A stretch of 64,000 bases of DNA from contig JAEZLF010000135.1 of the NCBI GenBank assembly GCA_023435925.1, positions 6,768 to 70,767 of the forward strand, in the 5' to 3' direction. This stretch comes from Bacillota bacterium (GTDB lineage Bacteria > Bacillota > Clostridia > Acetivibrionales > DTU013). The translations under genes and the position numbers were made by a program. Below the pieces are notes generated by a model that saw only the letters and a program-made list of their open reading frames with translations, was not told the origin of the DNA and ran no database searches. Positions 47,897 to 57,386 of the stretch are shown here, piece by piece; position 1 is the first letter of the stretch; the number at the start of each line of letters is the position of its first letter.

Positions 47897-48370
47897 GTGC
47901 CTGTGAAAATCGTGATTGGCTGTGATGAGGCTGCAATCGATCTGAAGGAGTCTATTTATACGCATCTTAAAAACAAAGGGATTGAGGTCTTTGATATTGG
48001 CGTTTATGACAAAACTCCGACATTATATCCGGATATTGCGGTAAAGGCTGCTCAAGCGATTATGCAGGATGGCTTTGAACGTGGAATCCTTTTATGTGGG
48101 ACAGGGATTGGTATGGCGATCTCTGCCAACAAAGTCCCGGGTATCCGGGCAGCAGTTTGTCATGATTCATATTCTGCAGAGCGTGCACGGCGAAGCAACA
48201 ATGCACAGATTATGTGTATGGGGGCTCGAATAATAGGGCTGGAGCTTGCGAAAAATCTTGTGGATATTTGGCTAAACTGTGAGTTTGACGGCGGGAGATC
48301 GGAGAAAAAGGTTAATAGGATCGGAGAATATGAGAAAATATTTTGCGAGTGTCAGAGGTGGGGCAGTTGA
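47897..48370 (+). CDS. RpiB/LacA/LacB-family sugar-phosphate isomerase
   Basis: KIVIGCDEAA, LLCGTGIGMAISANK and AAVCHDSYSAERARRSNNAQIMCMGAR are typical of RpiB. The start is GTG 47897 or GTG 47903. Confidence 0.85.
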   Translation: MPVKIVIGCDEAAIDLKESIYTHLKNKGIEVFDIGVYDKTPTLYPDIAVKAAQAIMQDGFERGILLCGTGIGMAISANKVPGIRAAVCHDSYSAERARRSNNAQIMCMGARIIGLELAKNLVDIWLNCEFDGGRSEKKVNRIGEYEKIFCECQRWGS

Positions 48371-48515
48371 TATACTTCAGAGATTCATTATATTTCCTAC
48401 CGTGATGCAAAAAAATATATGAGGGAACGAATTCATGATGCTATGTAACAATTTGTTGGTAATACTATAACTAATAGTACTAAGACAGATTGCTTCACAT
48501 GGGAGGAACAGGATC

Positions 48516-49499
48516 ATGAATAAAAATGGAAATATACAAAGTGAAGTGAAAAAAATATGGCTTGCAGGAGGTTGTTTCTGGGGAGTTGAGGCATATTTTG
48601 CTCAAATACCGGGAGTTTTGAAAACCAATGTTGGCTATGCCAATGGGAAAACTGCAAATCCATCTTACCACGATATCAATCAAACAGGCCACGCTGAAAC
48701 GGTGGAAGTAAGCTATAATCCACACAAGATAAGCCTTCAGACATTGCTGGAATACTATTTCCACATCATCGACCCAATCAGCATAAACAAACAGGGAAAT
48801 GATACCGGAACTCAATACAGAACCGGAATTTATTATGACGACACCGAGGATCTTGCCAGTATCAGAGCTGTAGTGGAAAAGATCCAGGGCAAATATCAGG
48901 AACCAGTTGCTACAGAGATATTGCCGCTGGAAAATTATTATCCTGCTGAGGAGTATCATCAGGACTATCTGAGCAAAAATCCCGGAGGTTATTGTCATAT
49001 CGATCTTTCATCAAAACCGGAGCTTGTCGGGGAAATCCATTCCTTGACAGCTCCGGTTGTCTATAAAAAGCCTGATGACAAGCAGCTTAAAGAGTCACTT
49101 ACACAGATTCAGTATAAAGTTACACAGCAAAATGGTACAGAGCCGCCTTTCAGCAATGAATTCTGGAATCACCATGCTCCGGGCATTTACGTCGATATAG
49201 TAACCGGAGAGCCGCTTTTTACATCGAAGGACAAATTTGATTCCGGTTGTGGCTGGCCAAGCTTCACCAGACCTGTCGACGAAGAAGCGATACTGGAGAA
49301 TACCGATGAAAGCCATGGCATGATACGCACAGAGCTGCGAAGCCGTTTCGGCGATTCTCACCTTGGACATGTATTTGACGACGGACCAAAAGACAAGGGA
49401 GGGCTGCGGTTTTGTATCAACAGCGCGGCACTGAGATTTATTCCCCTTGATAAAATGGAGGAACAGGGATACGGCGATCTTATTAAGCTGATTTTGTAA
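48516..49499 (+). CDS. msrAB: bifunctional peptide-methionine sulfoxide reductase MsrA/MsrB
   Basis: MsrA motif GGCFWG, then MsrB motifs ([27 protein letters not shown]). Confidence 0.95.
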   Translation: MNKNGNIQSEVKKIWLAGGCFWGVEAYFAQIPGVLKTNVGYANGKTANPSYHDINQTGHAETVEVSYNPHKISLQTLLEYYFHIIDPISINKQGNDTGTQYRTGIYYDDTEDLASIRAVVEKIQGKYQEPVATEILPLENYYPAEEYHQDYLSKNPGGYCHIDLSSKPELVGEIHSLTAPVVYKKPDDKQLKESLTQIQYKVTQQNGTEPPFSNEFWNHHAPGIYVDIVTGEPLFTSKDKFDSGCGWPSFTRPVDEEAILENTDESHGMIRTELRSRFGDSHLGHVFDDGPKDKGGLRFCINSAALRFIPLDKMEEQGYGDLIKLIL

Positions 49500-49594
49500 A
49501 GCTGATAAAGCTGCGCCGTGAATCGGATCAATAACTGCCGTTTCTCATGTCTGAAAGCGACCGGGGCATATCATTCAATTCGGACCTGGTATTC

Positions 49595-49740
49595 GAATTT
49601 ATCTGTATCTTCCATCATCGCTGACCTCTACAGGTCAGCGATGATGGAAGACGAATTCATTAACTTCCTTGGTCGGGTGGAGTTCAGTATCCGCCTGAAA
49701 CCCGGAGCGGAGCGAATTGACTATGCGGATTAAGGATTAT
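49595..49740 (+). repeat. dispersed structured element, copy B (most intact)
   Basis: Perfect 19-bp stem at 49608-49626/49633-49651 with a TCTACA loop. Second hairpin TCGGGTGGA/TCCGCCTGA (49673-49681/49690-49698). Alignable with 19246-19393. Confidence 0.85.
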
Positions 49741-49846
49741 AGATATAAATATTTATCTCAAAATAATGTATTTTAAAGAAGGATTCTTTTATACGCACGT
49801 AGAATATTACATTAGTGCAATCGTGTGCATTGAATAGGAGTGCAAA

Positions 49847-50839
49847 ATGTCCGTTACGATAAAAGATGTGGCAAAGGTAGCCGGAGTATCCCCATCAACC
49901 GTATCAAGAGTAGTAAACAATGATGGACGGATTAGTGACGAAACCAGGAATAAAGTCCTCAAGTGCATGAAGGAGCTGGGGTATCAGGTTAACAATATCG
50001 CCAGAAGCCTGAAAACCAATAAGACCATGACAGTGGGGTTTATATCTCCTGAGCTCTCGAATGATGTTTTTATGAGCATTGCAAAAGGTGCAGAAGACGA
50101 ATTCCGTAAACATGGGTATAGCATGATTATATGTAATTCCAATGAATGTGTTGAAGATGAGAACGATCGTATCAGTCTGCTTTCTCAAAAATGTGTGGAC
50201 GGAATGATTATTATACCGGCCAGTTCTGAGGGAGAGCATTACAGTCAAATCAGTGCAGCAGGCTTGCCGGTAGTATTGGTTGACAGACTTGTGGAGCACT
50301 TTGAGGCGGATGCGGTTCTTGTGGATAACATCAATGGAAGCTATTCTGCAGTGGAATACTTGATCAATAGCGGTCAAAGACGTATTGGATTTATTGGAGG
50401 CGATATCAGGCTAACTTCAGCCGGAGAGCGTTTTGAGGGGTACCGCAGAGCATTGTCGGATTACTGTATTCCTCTGGAAGAGGATATTGTCCGGTTTGGT
50501 GATTATCATATAGACAGCGGTTACCGGATCATGGGCGAGCTTATGGAGATGGTAGATCCTCCTGATTATGTATTTATTTCAAATTACTATATGCATATAG
50601 GAGCAATGAAATACTTGCTGGAACGTGGAGAACCGATAACGAAAAGGGCGTCCATTGCGGCGTTTGACGACTTGGAATTCTCGGGGATTCTGGGATTCAG
50701 CAGTGTCAGAGTTGCCCAGCCCATGCTGGAAATAGGCAGTAGAGCAGCGCAAATACTTTTGGCACGCATCCATGGTGAAAAGATGCCGTTTCCGCAGATC
50801 ATAAGGCTGAAGACCAGCCTCAAGTCTGATTATAAATAA
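49847..50839 (+). CDS. LacI-family transcriptional regulator
   Basis: N-terminal HTH MSVTIKDVAKVAGVSPSTVSRVVNN followed by a PBP-type effector domain. Confidence 0.9.
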   Translation: MSVTIKDVAKVAGVSPSTVSRVVNNDGRISDETRNKVLKCMKELGYQVNNIARSLKTNKTMTVGFISPELSNDVFMSIAKGAEDEFRKHGYSMIICNSNECVEDENDRISLLSQKCVDGMIIIPASSEGEHYSQISAAGLPVVLVDRLVEHFEADAVLVDNINGSYSAVEYLINSGQRRIGFIGGDIRLTSAGERFEGYRRALSDYCIPLEEDIVRFGDYHIDSGYRIMGELMEMVDPPDYVFISNYYMHIGAMKYLLERGEPITKRASIAAFDDLEFSGILGFSSVRVAQPMLEIGSRAAQILLARIHGEKMPFPQIIRLKTSLKSDYK

Positions 50840-50873
50840 AAAAGCAGGATAGACTAAGCAAGGTAAGTCACTA

Positions 50874-50903
50874 TTGATGCAAACGTTTGCATCTTAGTAT
50901 ATA
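50874..50903 (+). promoter_or_regulatory. fucI promoter with embedded LacI-type operator
   Basis: TTGATG (50874-50879), an 18-nt spacer, TATATA (50898-50903). The spacer contains the perfect 16-bp palindrome ATGCAAACGTTTGCAT (50877-50892). Confidence 0.65.
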
Positions 50904-50947
50904 AAACAATGGAGACTGCAATGTCTCAATGAGGGAGGGAATTTTTT

Positions 50948-52762
50948 ATGGCAGATCTAAGCAGTTTAAAAGTGACCAAGGAAAGGAAAAGACTTCATGG
51001 TACATTGCCTAAAGTAGGAATAAGACCGGCAATTGACGGCAGGCGCAGAGGTGTAAGAGAATCACTGGAAGATCAGACAATGAACATGGCAAAAGCAGCA
51101 GCACGTCTTATTTCTGAAAACCTCAGACATCCGGACGGTTCTCCGGTTGAATGTGTTATAGCTGATACCTGTATCGGTGGTGTAGCAGAAGCTGCAATGT
51201 GTGCTGAGAAGTTTGCCAGAGAAGGAGTCGGCGTTTCACTTACAGTATCCCCCTGCTGGTGTTATGGTTCTGAGACCATGGATATGGATCCATTGATTCC
51301 AAAGGCCGTTTGGGGCTTTAACGGGACAGAGCGCCCGGGAGCTGTTTATCTGGCCGCGGTATTGGCTGCGCATAACCAGAAAGGGCTGCCGGCATTCGGT
51401 ATCTACGGAAGAGATGTTCAGGACGCAGGTGATACGGAAATACCGGAGGACGTAAAGAGCAAAATTCTGAAGTTTACAAAGGCCGGTCTTGCAGTTGCGA
51501 CGATGCGCGGTAAGTCTTACCTTTCAATGGGAAGCGTATCAATGGGTATCGCAGGCTCCATTGTGAATTCGGACTTCTTCCAGGATTATCTCGGCATGAG
51601 GAACGAATATATTGACATGTCTGAATTTGTCCGGAGAATGGACGAAGGAATCTATGACAAGGAAGAATACGAAAAAGCATTGAAATGGGCCAAGGAAAAC
51701 TGCAAAGAGGGTGAAGACCTGAATAGCCCGGAGCTTCAGGCAAGCAGACAGGAAAAGGACAAGCATTGGGAAACCGTTGTCAAAATGGCATTGATTGCAA
51801 AGGATTTGATGATCGGTAACCCACGACTGGCTGAATTGGGTTTCGGTGAAGAAGCATTGGGACATAACGCAATTGCATCCGGTTTCCAGGGACAGCGTCA
51901 GTGGACAGACCACTTCCCCAATGGGGACTTCATGGAGGCAATGTTGAATTCATCCTTTGACTGGAACGGCATACGTGAAGCTTTTGTTGTAGCAACGGAA
52001 AATGACAGCCTGAACGGAGTAGTTATGCTTTTCGGGCATCTGTTAACCAATACTGCACAGGTTTTTGCCGATGTCAGAACCTACTGGAGCCCTGAATCCA
52101 TTGAACGTGTCACAGGGAAAAAACCAACGGGTCATGCTGCTAACGGTGTTATCCATCTGATTAACTCCGGTGCTGCGGCACTGGATGGCGCAGGTCATCA
52201 GACCGTTGACGGCAAACCGGCTATGAAACCGTTCTGGGAGATTACGGCGGAAGAAGCGGGCAAGTGTCTGGATGCAACCTCATGGAGACCTGCAAATATG
52301 GGCTACTTCAGAGGCGGCGGGTATTCCTCGAAGTTCCTGACAAAGGGCGATATGCCGATTACTCTGATGAGACTGAATATGGTAAAGGGTCTCGGGCCTG
52401 TGCTGCAAATTGCAGAAGGTTATACGGGCGAACTGCTGCCTGACGCTACCACTACCATTGAGAACAGGACCGATCCTACTTGGCCGACGACGTGGTTTGC
52501 ACCAAACCTTACAGGCAAAGGCGCATTTAAGGATGTCTATTCAGTCATGGCAAACTGGGGAGCCAACCACGGTGCATTCAGCTATGGACATATCGGAGGA
52601 GATCTGATTACAATGGCATCCATGCTGAGAATACCGGTATGTATGCACAATGTTCCTGAGGACAGAATTTTCCGTCCGTCAGCCTGGGGCGCATTTGGAA
52701 CTGTTGATCTGGAGGGTGCGGATTTCAGGGCTTGTCAAGCTTTTGGACCGATATACGGATAG
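50948..52762 (+). CDS. fucI: L-fucose isomerase
   Basis: 604 aa. The N-terminus [30 protein letters not shown] closely resembles that of E. coli FucI, and the length matches. Confidence 0.95.
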   Translation: MADLSSLKVTKERKRLHGTLPKVGIRPAIDGRRRGVRESLEDQTMNMAKAAARLISENLRHPDGSPVECVIADTCIGGVAEAAMCAEKFAREGVGVSLTVSPCWCYGSETMDMDPLIPKAVWGFNGTERPGAVYLAAVLAAHNQKGLPAFGIYGRDVQDAGDTEIPEDVKSKILKFTKAGLAVATMRGKSYLSMGSVSMGIAGSIVNSDFFQDYLGMRNEYIDMSEFVRRMDEGIYDKEEYEKALKWAKENCKEGEDLNSPELQASRQEKDKHWETVVKMALIAKDLMIGNPRLAELGFGEEALGHNAIASGFQGQRQWTDHFPNGDFMEAMLNSSFDWNGIREAFVVATENDSLNGVVMLFGHLLTNTAQVFADVRTYWSPESIERVTGKKPTGHAANGVIHLINSGAAALDGAGHQTVDGKPAMKPFWEITAEEAGKCLDATSWRPANMGYFRGGGYSSKFLTKGDMPITLMRLNMVKGLGPVLQIAEGYTGELLPDATTTIENRTDPTWPTTWFAPNLTGKGAFKDVYSVMANWGANHGAFSYGHIGGDLITMASMLRIPVCMHNVPEDRIFRPSAWGAFGTVDLEGADFRACQAFGPIYG

Positions 52763-52790
52763 TAGTGTTATAACGATAAATTCATAAGTT

Positions 52791-52851
52791 GCCGGAGCAG
52801 TGGGCCGGACTGGTTTGGACCGGTCAAGACCTTCCTGCCCCGGCTGTTTTT
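52791..52851 (+). terminator. intrinsic terminator after fucI
   Basis: GCCGGAGCAG (52791-52800) pairs with CTGCCCCGGC (52835-52844) in 9 of 10 positions, followed by TGTTTTT. Confidence 0.55.
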
Positions 52852-52886
52852 ATGGAACTGCAGAATGTAAAATTTATTTGCCTATA

Positions 52887-52915
52887 TTGACTTATTGATT
52901 TAATTGTACTAATAT
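52887..52915 (+). promoter_or_regulatory. sigmaA-like promoter of the V-ATPase operon
   Basis: TTGACT (52887-52892), a 17-nt spacer, TAATAT (52910-52915). Confidence 0.55.
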
Positions 52916-53168
52916 TGGTAGTATCGCATAAATTTGCTTTAAGTTGGTAGGCGGATTTTTCCTGTTTACTTGGGCGTTTTGTTTTGCGGGGAAATGAATA
53001 GTGGAGATAAAATGCAAGGTTGAAAGTATGCAAGTGGTAGAAAACTGCTATTTGGGCTTCCATAATATGGGGGTCTTTTACATTTGGCGGGAAATTGCCA
53101 AGCTGGATGATTATGGATACGTTGCTTGTATAGTTGTTTAGGGTACGTTATAGCAGGAGGTATTGAGT

Positions 53169-53501
53169 GTGAAGGAAATTATTGAACAGATTTCGCGGAT
53201 TGATGCAGTAGCATTCGAAAATGAGCAAAAGAATCGTAAAATTTTAGCTAATGAGAAGCAAAGACTTGAAAACGAGATAAAAAGATATCGTGATAAGAAA
53301 TTGAGTGCTGCAAATGAAAAAGCAAAAATCATATATCACCAGACCGTGGGAAAAACAAAAGCTGAATACCAGGTTCAGGAGGACGAAATAAAGAAGATAT
53401 CCGGGCAGATTGAAAAATACTATCAAAGTGCGGAAAAAGATATAATCCAGAAAATTATGGGGGAGTTGTTTGAACAACATCACAGTCCCCCAACTTTATA
53501 G
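53169..53501 (+). CDS. V-type ATPase peripheral-stalk subunit (G/H-like coiled coil)
   Basis: About 110 aa of charged coiled-coil sequence as first gene of the V-ATPase operon. The GTG at 53169 lies 8 nt after AGGAGG; the track TTG at 53163 is too close to the RBS. Confidence 0.5.
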   Translation: MKEIIEQISRIDAVAFENEQKNRKILANEKQRLENEIKRYRDKKLSAANEKAKIIYHQTVGKTKAEYQVQEDEIKKISGQIEKYYQSAEKDIIQKIMGELFEQHHSPPTL

Positions 53502-53540
53502 GCTCTTTTGCTGGTTACATTGAGGAAGGGAGGTTCGTGT

Positions 53541-54572
53541 GTGAATCCTTATATGGCTTATGAAGCAGTAGATACGAAGATAGCATCAAAAAAAAGAAAT
53601 ATTTTTGACAGAAATAAGCTTGACAAAATGCTGGAATGTAACACTGTTGAGCAAGTAACAGAGTTTCTCAGGAGCAAATATAACTTAAGAAATATTCTCT
53701 CCGATTCGAAGGGACATGCGCTCCACAGAGATGATCTGGAAACCCTGCTCAAAAGGTACCGCGTTACAGAAATAGAGAATTTGCTTCACTATTTTTCGGG
53801 ACCTTACAAAGACTTTCTACAGGGTATTCTTATGGAATATGAGATTTCCGATTTAATTATGATCCTGAGAAAAATGGCTAAAGGCGAATCTTCAAACGGT
53901 ATAGAGAGAAATTATATCCATTCGGAACAGTATTCTTCACTGAATTATGAAAAACTAGCAGCATCAAGAAATATTGCACAGTTTATGGATTGCCTCAAAA
54001 ATACTCCCTACTATAACTTTATAAAAACAATGACATTTACGGATGTGATAAAAATGGAGTTTCATATGGAGATGAAGCTCCAGTCGCTGCTTTATAGAAC
54101 ATTACTGCAGAATTCACTAAAGCTGAATGCTGAGGATCAACGTACAGTCAATGAAATCATCGGATTGAAAATAGATTTTCTTAATGTACAGTGGATTTAC
54201 AGAGCGCGCAAATACTACAATATATCTCCGGAGCAGATTTTGATATATTGTTTGAGAGGCGGTTATAAGCTGAGCTTTGAAAGGCTGCAGAAATTATGCT
54301 ATTCGAAAACAACGGATGAAATACGGAAGCTGTCAAATGAATATTTGCGGTATCATGTATTTACATCAAACAATGAAGCGGATATTGAAAGAAATATAGA
54401 CTTCTATATTTATATAAAAATAAAGGAAAGGAACTACCGGGGAACCATAGGATTCGTGTTGTTGTATCTTTATAGGCTGGAAATCATTATTAAAGATTTA
54501 ATCACGATAACAGAAGGGATAAGGTACAAACTGCCAAAAGAAGATTTGAAGAAGTACTTGGTTCATTCATAG
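53541..54572 (+). CDS. V-type ATPase subunit C (d / AC39 family)
   Basis: About 340-aa helical protein with AC39-like repeats (LLHYFSGPYKDFLQGILMEYEISDLIMILR). The GTG at 53541 lies 7 nt after GGGAGG. Confidence 0.75.
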   Translation: MNPYMAYEAVDTKIASKKRNIFDRNKLDKMLECNTVEQVTEFLRSKYNLRNILSDSKGHALHRDDLETLLKRYRVTEIENLLHYFSGPYKDFLQGILMEYEISDLIMILRKMAKGESSNGIERNYIHSEQYSSLNYEKLAASRNIAQFMDCLKNTPYYNFIKTMTFTDVIKMEFHMEMKLQSLLYRTLLQNSLKLNAEDQRTVNEIIGLKIDFLNVQWIYRARKYYNISPEQILIYCLRGGYKLSFERLQKLCYSKTTDEIRKLSNEYLRYHVFTSNNEADIERNIDFYIYIKIKERNYRGTIGFVLLYLYRLEIIIKDLITITEGIRYKLPKEDLKKYLVHS

Positions 54573-54596
54573 TATAAAGCAGAGGTGATATAACAA

Positions 54597-56594
54597 ATGG
54601 CTATTCAAAAGATGACTTTTCTTAAGATAGTGGGTTCAATTGAAGATATGCATGAGGTTCTTGGCAAATTGGTGCTGAGCGAGAATTTGCATTTTGATTT
54701 CGATGCAACTGATGCATATGACAATAGCTTTATTATTCATCAGTATGAGACTGGCATGACCAGCCCGTCTACATTCATACGGGAAGATAATGAAGCCATT
54801 GAAGCACATTGCAGCGAAATGGAGAAATCTCTTGAGCTTCTGTGTACAGGATTGGATATCAAGCCGGAGATTGATACGGAAGGCGTCAGGAAGCGCCAAT
54901 ACAATATTAAATATGCCAGCGAAGATATGTGCAAGCTGATGGAACTAATGGGCTCAAAAATCGTTGATATCAGTAAAAAGAGGGCTGAGATCAAGCAGCT
55001 GGAGCAACTTAATGAAAAGTTGAATTGTATCAAGTATAAGGATGTGGATTTTGAAAGCATTACACATCTGAACTATTTTACTTATGAAGTAGGTGCTTTG
55101 TCAACAGAGAACAGAATCCGCCTGCGGAAGAATTATGAAAATGTCAGTGCGGTTGTTCTTAATATTGGTACAATCAAAAATTCCGTTGAAGATCTTTATA
55201 TGATCATTTATCCGAAAAAGTTTGCGGATGAGACTGCAAAGCTGCTTAAATCAATGAACTGGGTAAAGATGGACATTCCGGAGAACTTAAAGGGCACTGT
55301 TTCACAGATGATCAGTGAAACCAGCCGCCGGATTAAGACTCTAAATGATGAGATCCGTATTTTGTCAGGTTTGCTGTTTTCAAAGAAGGAAGAAACAAGG
55401 ATACTGTTGAACCGGATCTATACGGTAGTGATGCTGGAGAAAAAGATCGTGGAGCTGGAACGTGAAATTGTATACGGGGAGAGCAGCTTCGTTCTCAACG
55501 CATGGATTAAAAAGGATGACAGGCAAAAAGTGGAAGATGCGTTGAAAGAATTTAAAGAAAGGATCATTATCGAAGAAAAAAACGCTGATGAAATAGAAAG
55601 GCAGGTGATGCCACCCACACAATTCAAGAATAACAGATTTTTCAGACCATTTGAGAACATTATTAAGCTATATGGTTTGCCGTCCTATCATGAAATAGAC
55701 CCGACACCGTTTATTGCAGTTACATTTTGCCTGATGTTCGGAATCATGTTCGGTGATATCGGACAGGGTCTGGTTTACTTAATTGCTGGTCTTTTACTAT
55801 ATAGAAAGAACACTGCGGTCGGGCAGATATTAACAAGACTTGGAGGCAGCTCCGTGGTATTTGGTTTTGTTTATGGAAGCCTTTTCGGACTGGAGCAGGC
55901 TGAGCTGCCATGGCTGCCAAGCCTGACGGGAAGACCGCTGGATCCCAAAAATATTCCGTCGATACTGATTGCAGGAGTAGTATTCGGCGTTGTAGTCCTT
56001 ACCATTTCCTTTATATTCGGTATTGTCAACTCGTTAAGAAAAGGCGATATCGAGGCAGGAGTTTTTGGTAAGAACGGTATAGCCGGGTATATATTTTATA
56101 TCAGTCTGGTGCTGTCCGCTGTGGCAGTTACCGGTGTGATTGGTCTGCCGCTGATGGTACCGGTTACGACGATGCTTGTGAGCCTGCTGGTATTGATCCT
56201 TAAGGAACCGATTACAAACCTTGTGATGGGAAAGCGTCCTCTTATCCATGGCGAGCTCAGCTCCTACCTGACGGAAAGCATTTTTGAGGGGGTAGAGACC
56301 ATCCTTGGAACGCTAAGCAATGCAATATCCTTTATACGTGTAGGGGCTTTTGCATTGAACCATGCAGGTTTATTCCTGGCATTTCTTGTGATGTCCGAAA
56401 TGATGCCGAATATAGTATTGAAGCTTATCATATTAGCAATAGGCAATGTGCTGATATTAACGCTGGAGGGGTTGATCGTCTTCATTCAGGGACTGCGTCT
56501 GCAGTACTATGAAATGTTTAGTAAGTATTTCCAGGGCAACGGTATTGCCTTTCGTCCTGTAAAATTAAGCGATAAAGATATTGCAGAAACATAA
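54597..56594 (+). CDS. ntpI: V-type ATPase subunit I (a-subunit, stator/proton channel)
   Basis: 665 aa. N-terminal cytoplasmic coiled-coil half and C-terminal polytopic half with a conserved Arg-containing helix (ISFIRVGAFALNHAGL). Confidence 0.9.
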   Translation: MAIQKMTFLKIVGSIEDMHEVLGKLVLSENLHFDFDATDAYDNSFIIHQYETGMTSPSTFIREDNEAIEAHCSEMEKSLELLCTGLDIKPEIDTEGVRKRQYNIKYASEDMCKLMELMGSKIVDISKKRAEIKQLEQLNEKLNCIKYKDVDFESITHLNYFTYEVGALSTENRIRLRKNYENVSAVVLNIGTIKNSVEDLYMIIYPKKFADETAKLLKSMNWVKMDIPENLKGTVSQMISETSRRIKTLNDEIRILSGLLFSKKEETRILLNRIYTVVMLEKKIVELEREIVYGESSFVLNAWIKKDDRQKVEDALKEFKERIIIEEKNADEIERQVMPPTQFKNNRFFRPFENIIKLYGLPSYHEIDPTPFIAVTFCLMFGIMFGDIGQGLVYLIAGLLLYRKNTAVGQILTRLGGSSVVFGFVYGSLFGLEQAELPWLPSLTGRPLDPKNIPSILIAGVVFGVVVLTISFIFGIVNSLRKGDIEAGVFGKNGIAGYIFYISLVLSAVAVTGVIGLPLMVPVTTMLVSLLVLILKEPITNLVMGKRPLIHGELSSYLTESIFEGVETILGTLSNAISFIRVGAFALNHAGLFLAFLVMSEMMPNIVLKLIILAIGNVLILTLEGLIVFIQGLRLQYYEMFSKYFQGNGIAFRPVKLSDKDIAET

Positions 56595-56617
56595 AAAATA
56601 AAAAATCGGAAGGGTGT

Positions 56618-57058
56618 ATGAATATGCAGTTTATATTATTTGTATTGGCAATAGCAATAGCGGCAGGAACAGTAATATATGGCCGGAGAGCTATGAAGAG
56701 GAACCAAAAGGGGAGTGTAAAGAAGGCAATTTTTGCATCAGTATCAGCTTTTGGCGTAGTCATGATTTCCATGATTGTAATAGCCATATCGGGCGATCCT
56801 GTATTTGCAGCCAGTGAAGCGGCAGGAGCAGCAGCTGGACTGACTCTTGGGGATGGGTTCAAGTATCTGGCAGCGGCACTGAGTACAGGACTTGCAACAA
56901 TAGGTACAGGCTTGGCGGTAGGATCCGTCGGCTCCTCTGCGATCGGTGCAGTTTCTGAGGATTCGTCCATCCTCGGCAAGACATTGATATTTGTCGGGAT
57001 GGCTGAAGGTATCGCAATCTATGGAATGATCATTTCCATATTGATACTGTTTGTGTAG
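56618..57058 (+). CDS. ntpK: V-type ATPase proteolipid subunit K with N-terminal extension
   Basis: The C-terminal ~80 aa form one c-subunit hairpin (GLATIGTGLAVGSVGSSAIG...GMAEGIAIYG). The N-terminal ~65 aa add two further hydrophobic segments. Confidence 0.85.
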   Translation: MNMQFILFVLAIAIAAGTVIYGRRAMKRNQKGSVKKAIFASVSAFGVVMISMIVIAISGDPVFAASEAAGAAAGLTLGDGFKYLAAALSTGLATIGTGLAVGSVGSSAIGAVSEDSSILGKTLIFVGMAEGIAIYGMIISILILFV

Positions 57059-57067
57059 GAGACTGGT

Positions 57068-57376
57068 ATGAAGTCATTTTTAGTCAGTGACAATAAGGAT
57101 ACCTGGGTGGGAATGAAACTTGCCGGAATAGACGGTGTTATCGTTCATACCCGTGAAGAAGTACTCAATGCTATAAAAAATGCCATAAAAAACGAGAAGA
57201 TCGGGATTCTGATATTAACTGAGAAAGCAATGGACCCAGTCAGAAAAGAAGTACTAGATTTGAAACTGAAATGTAAAAGACCACTTATTATTGAAATTCC
57301 CGACAGGCATGGCAGCTCGCATTCTCAGGACAAAATTACAGAATACATCAGAGACTCAATTGGTATTCGTATATGA
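57068..57376 (+). CDS. V-type ATPase subunit F
   Basis: 102 aa with the ATP-synt_F pattern (VGMKLAGIDGV...IGILILTE). Confidence 0.85.
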   Translation: MKSFLVSDNKDTWVGMKLAGIDGVIVHTREEVLNAIKNAIKNEKIGILILTEKAMDPVRKEVLDLKLKCKRPLIIEIPDRHGSSHSQDKITEYIRDSIGIRI

Positions 57377-57386
57377 GGTGAACTGG

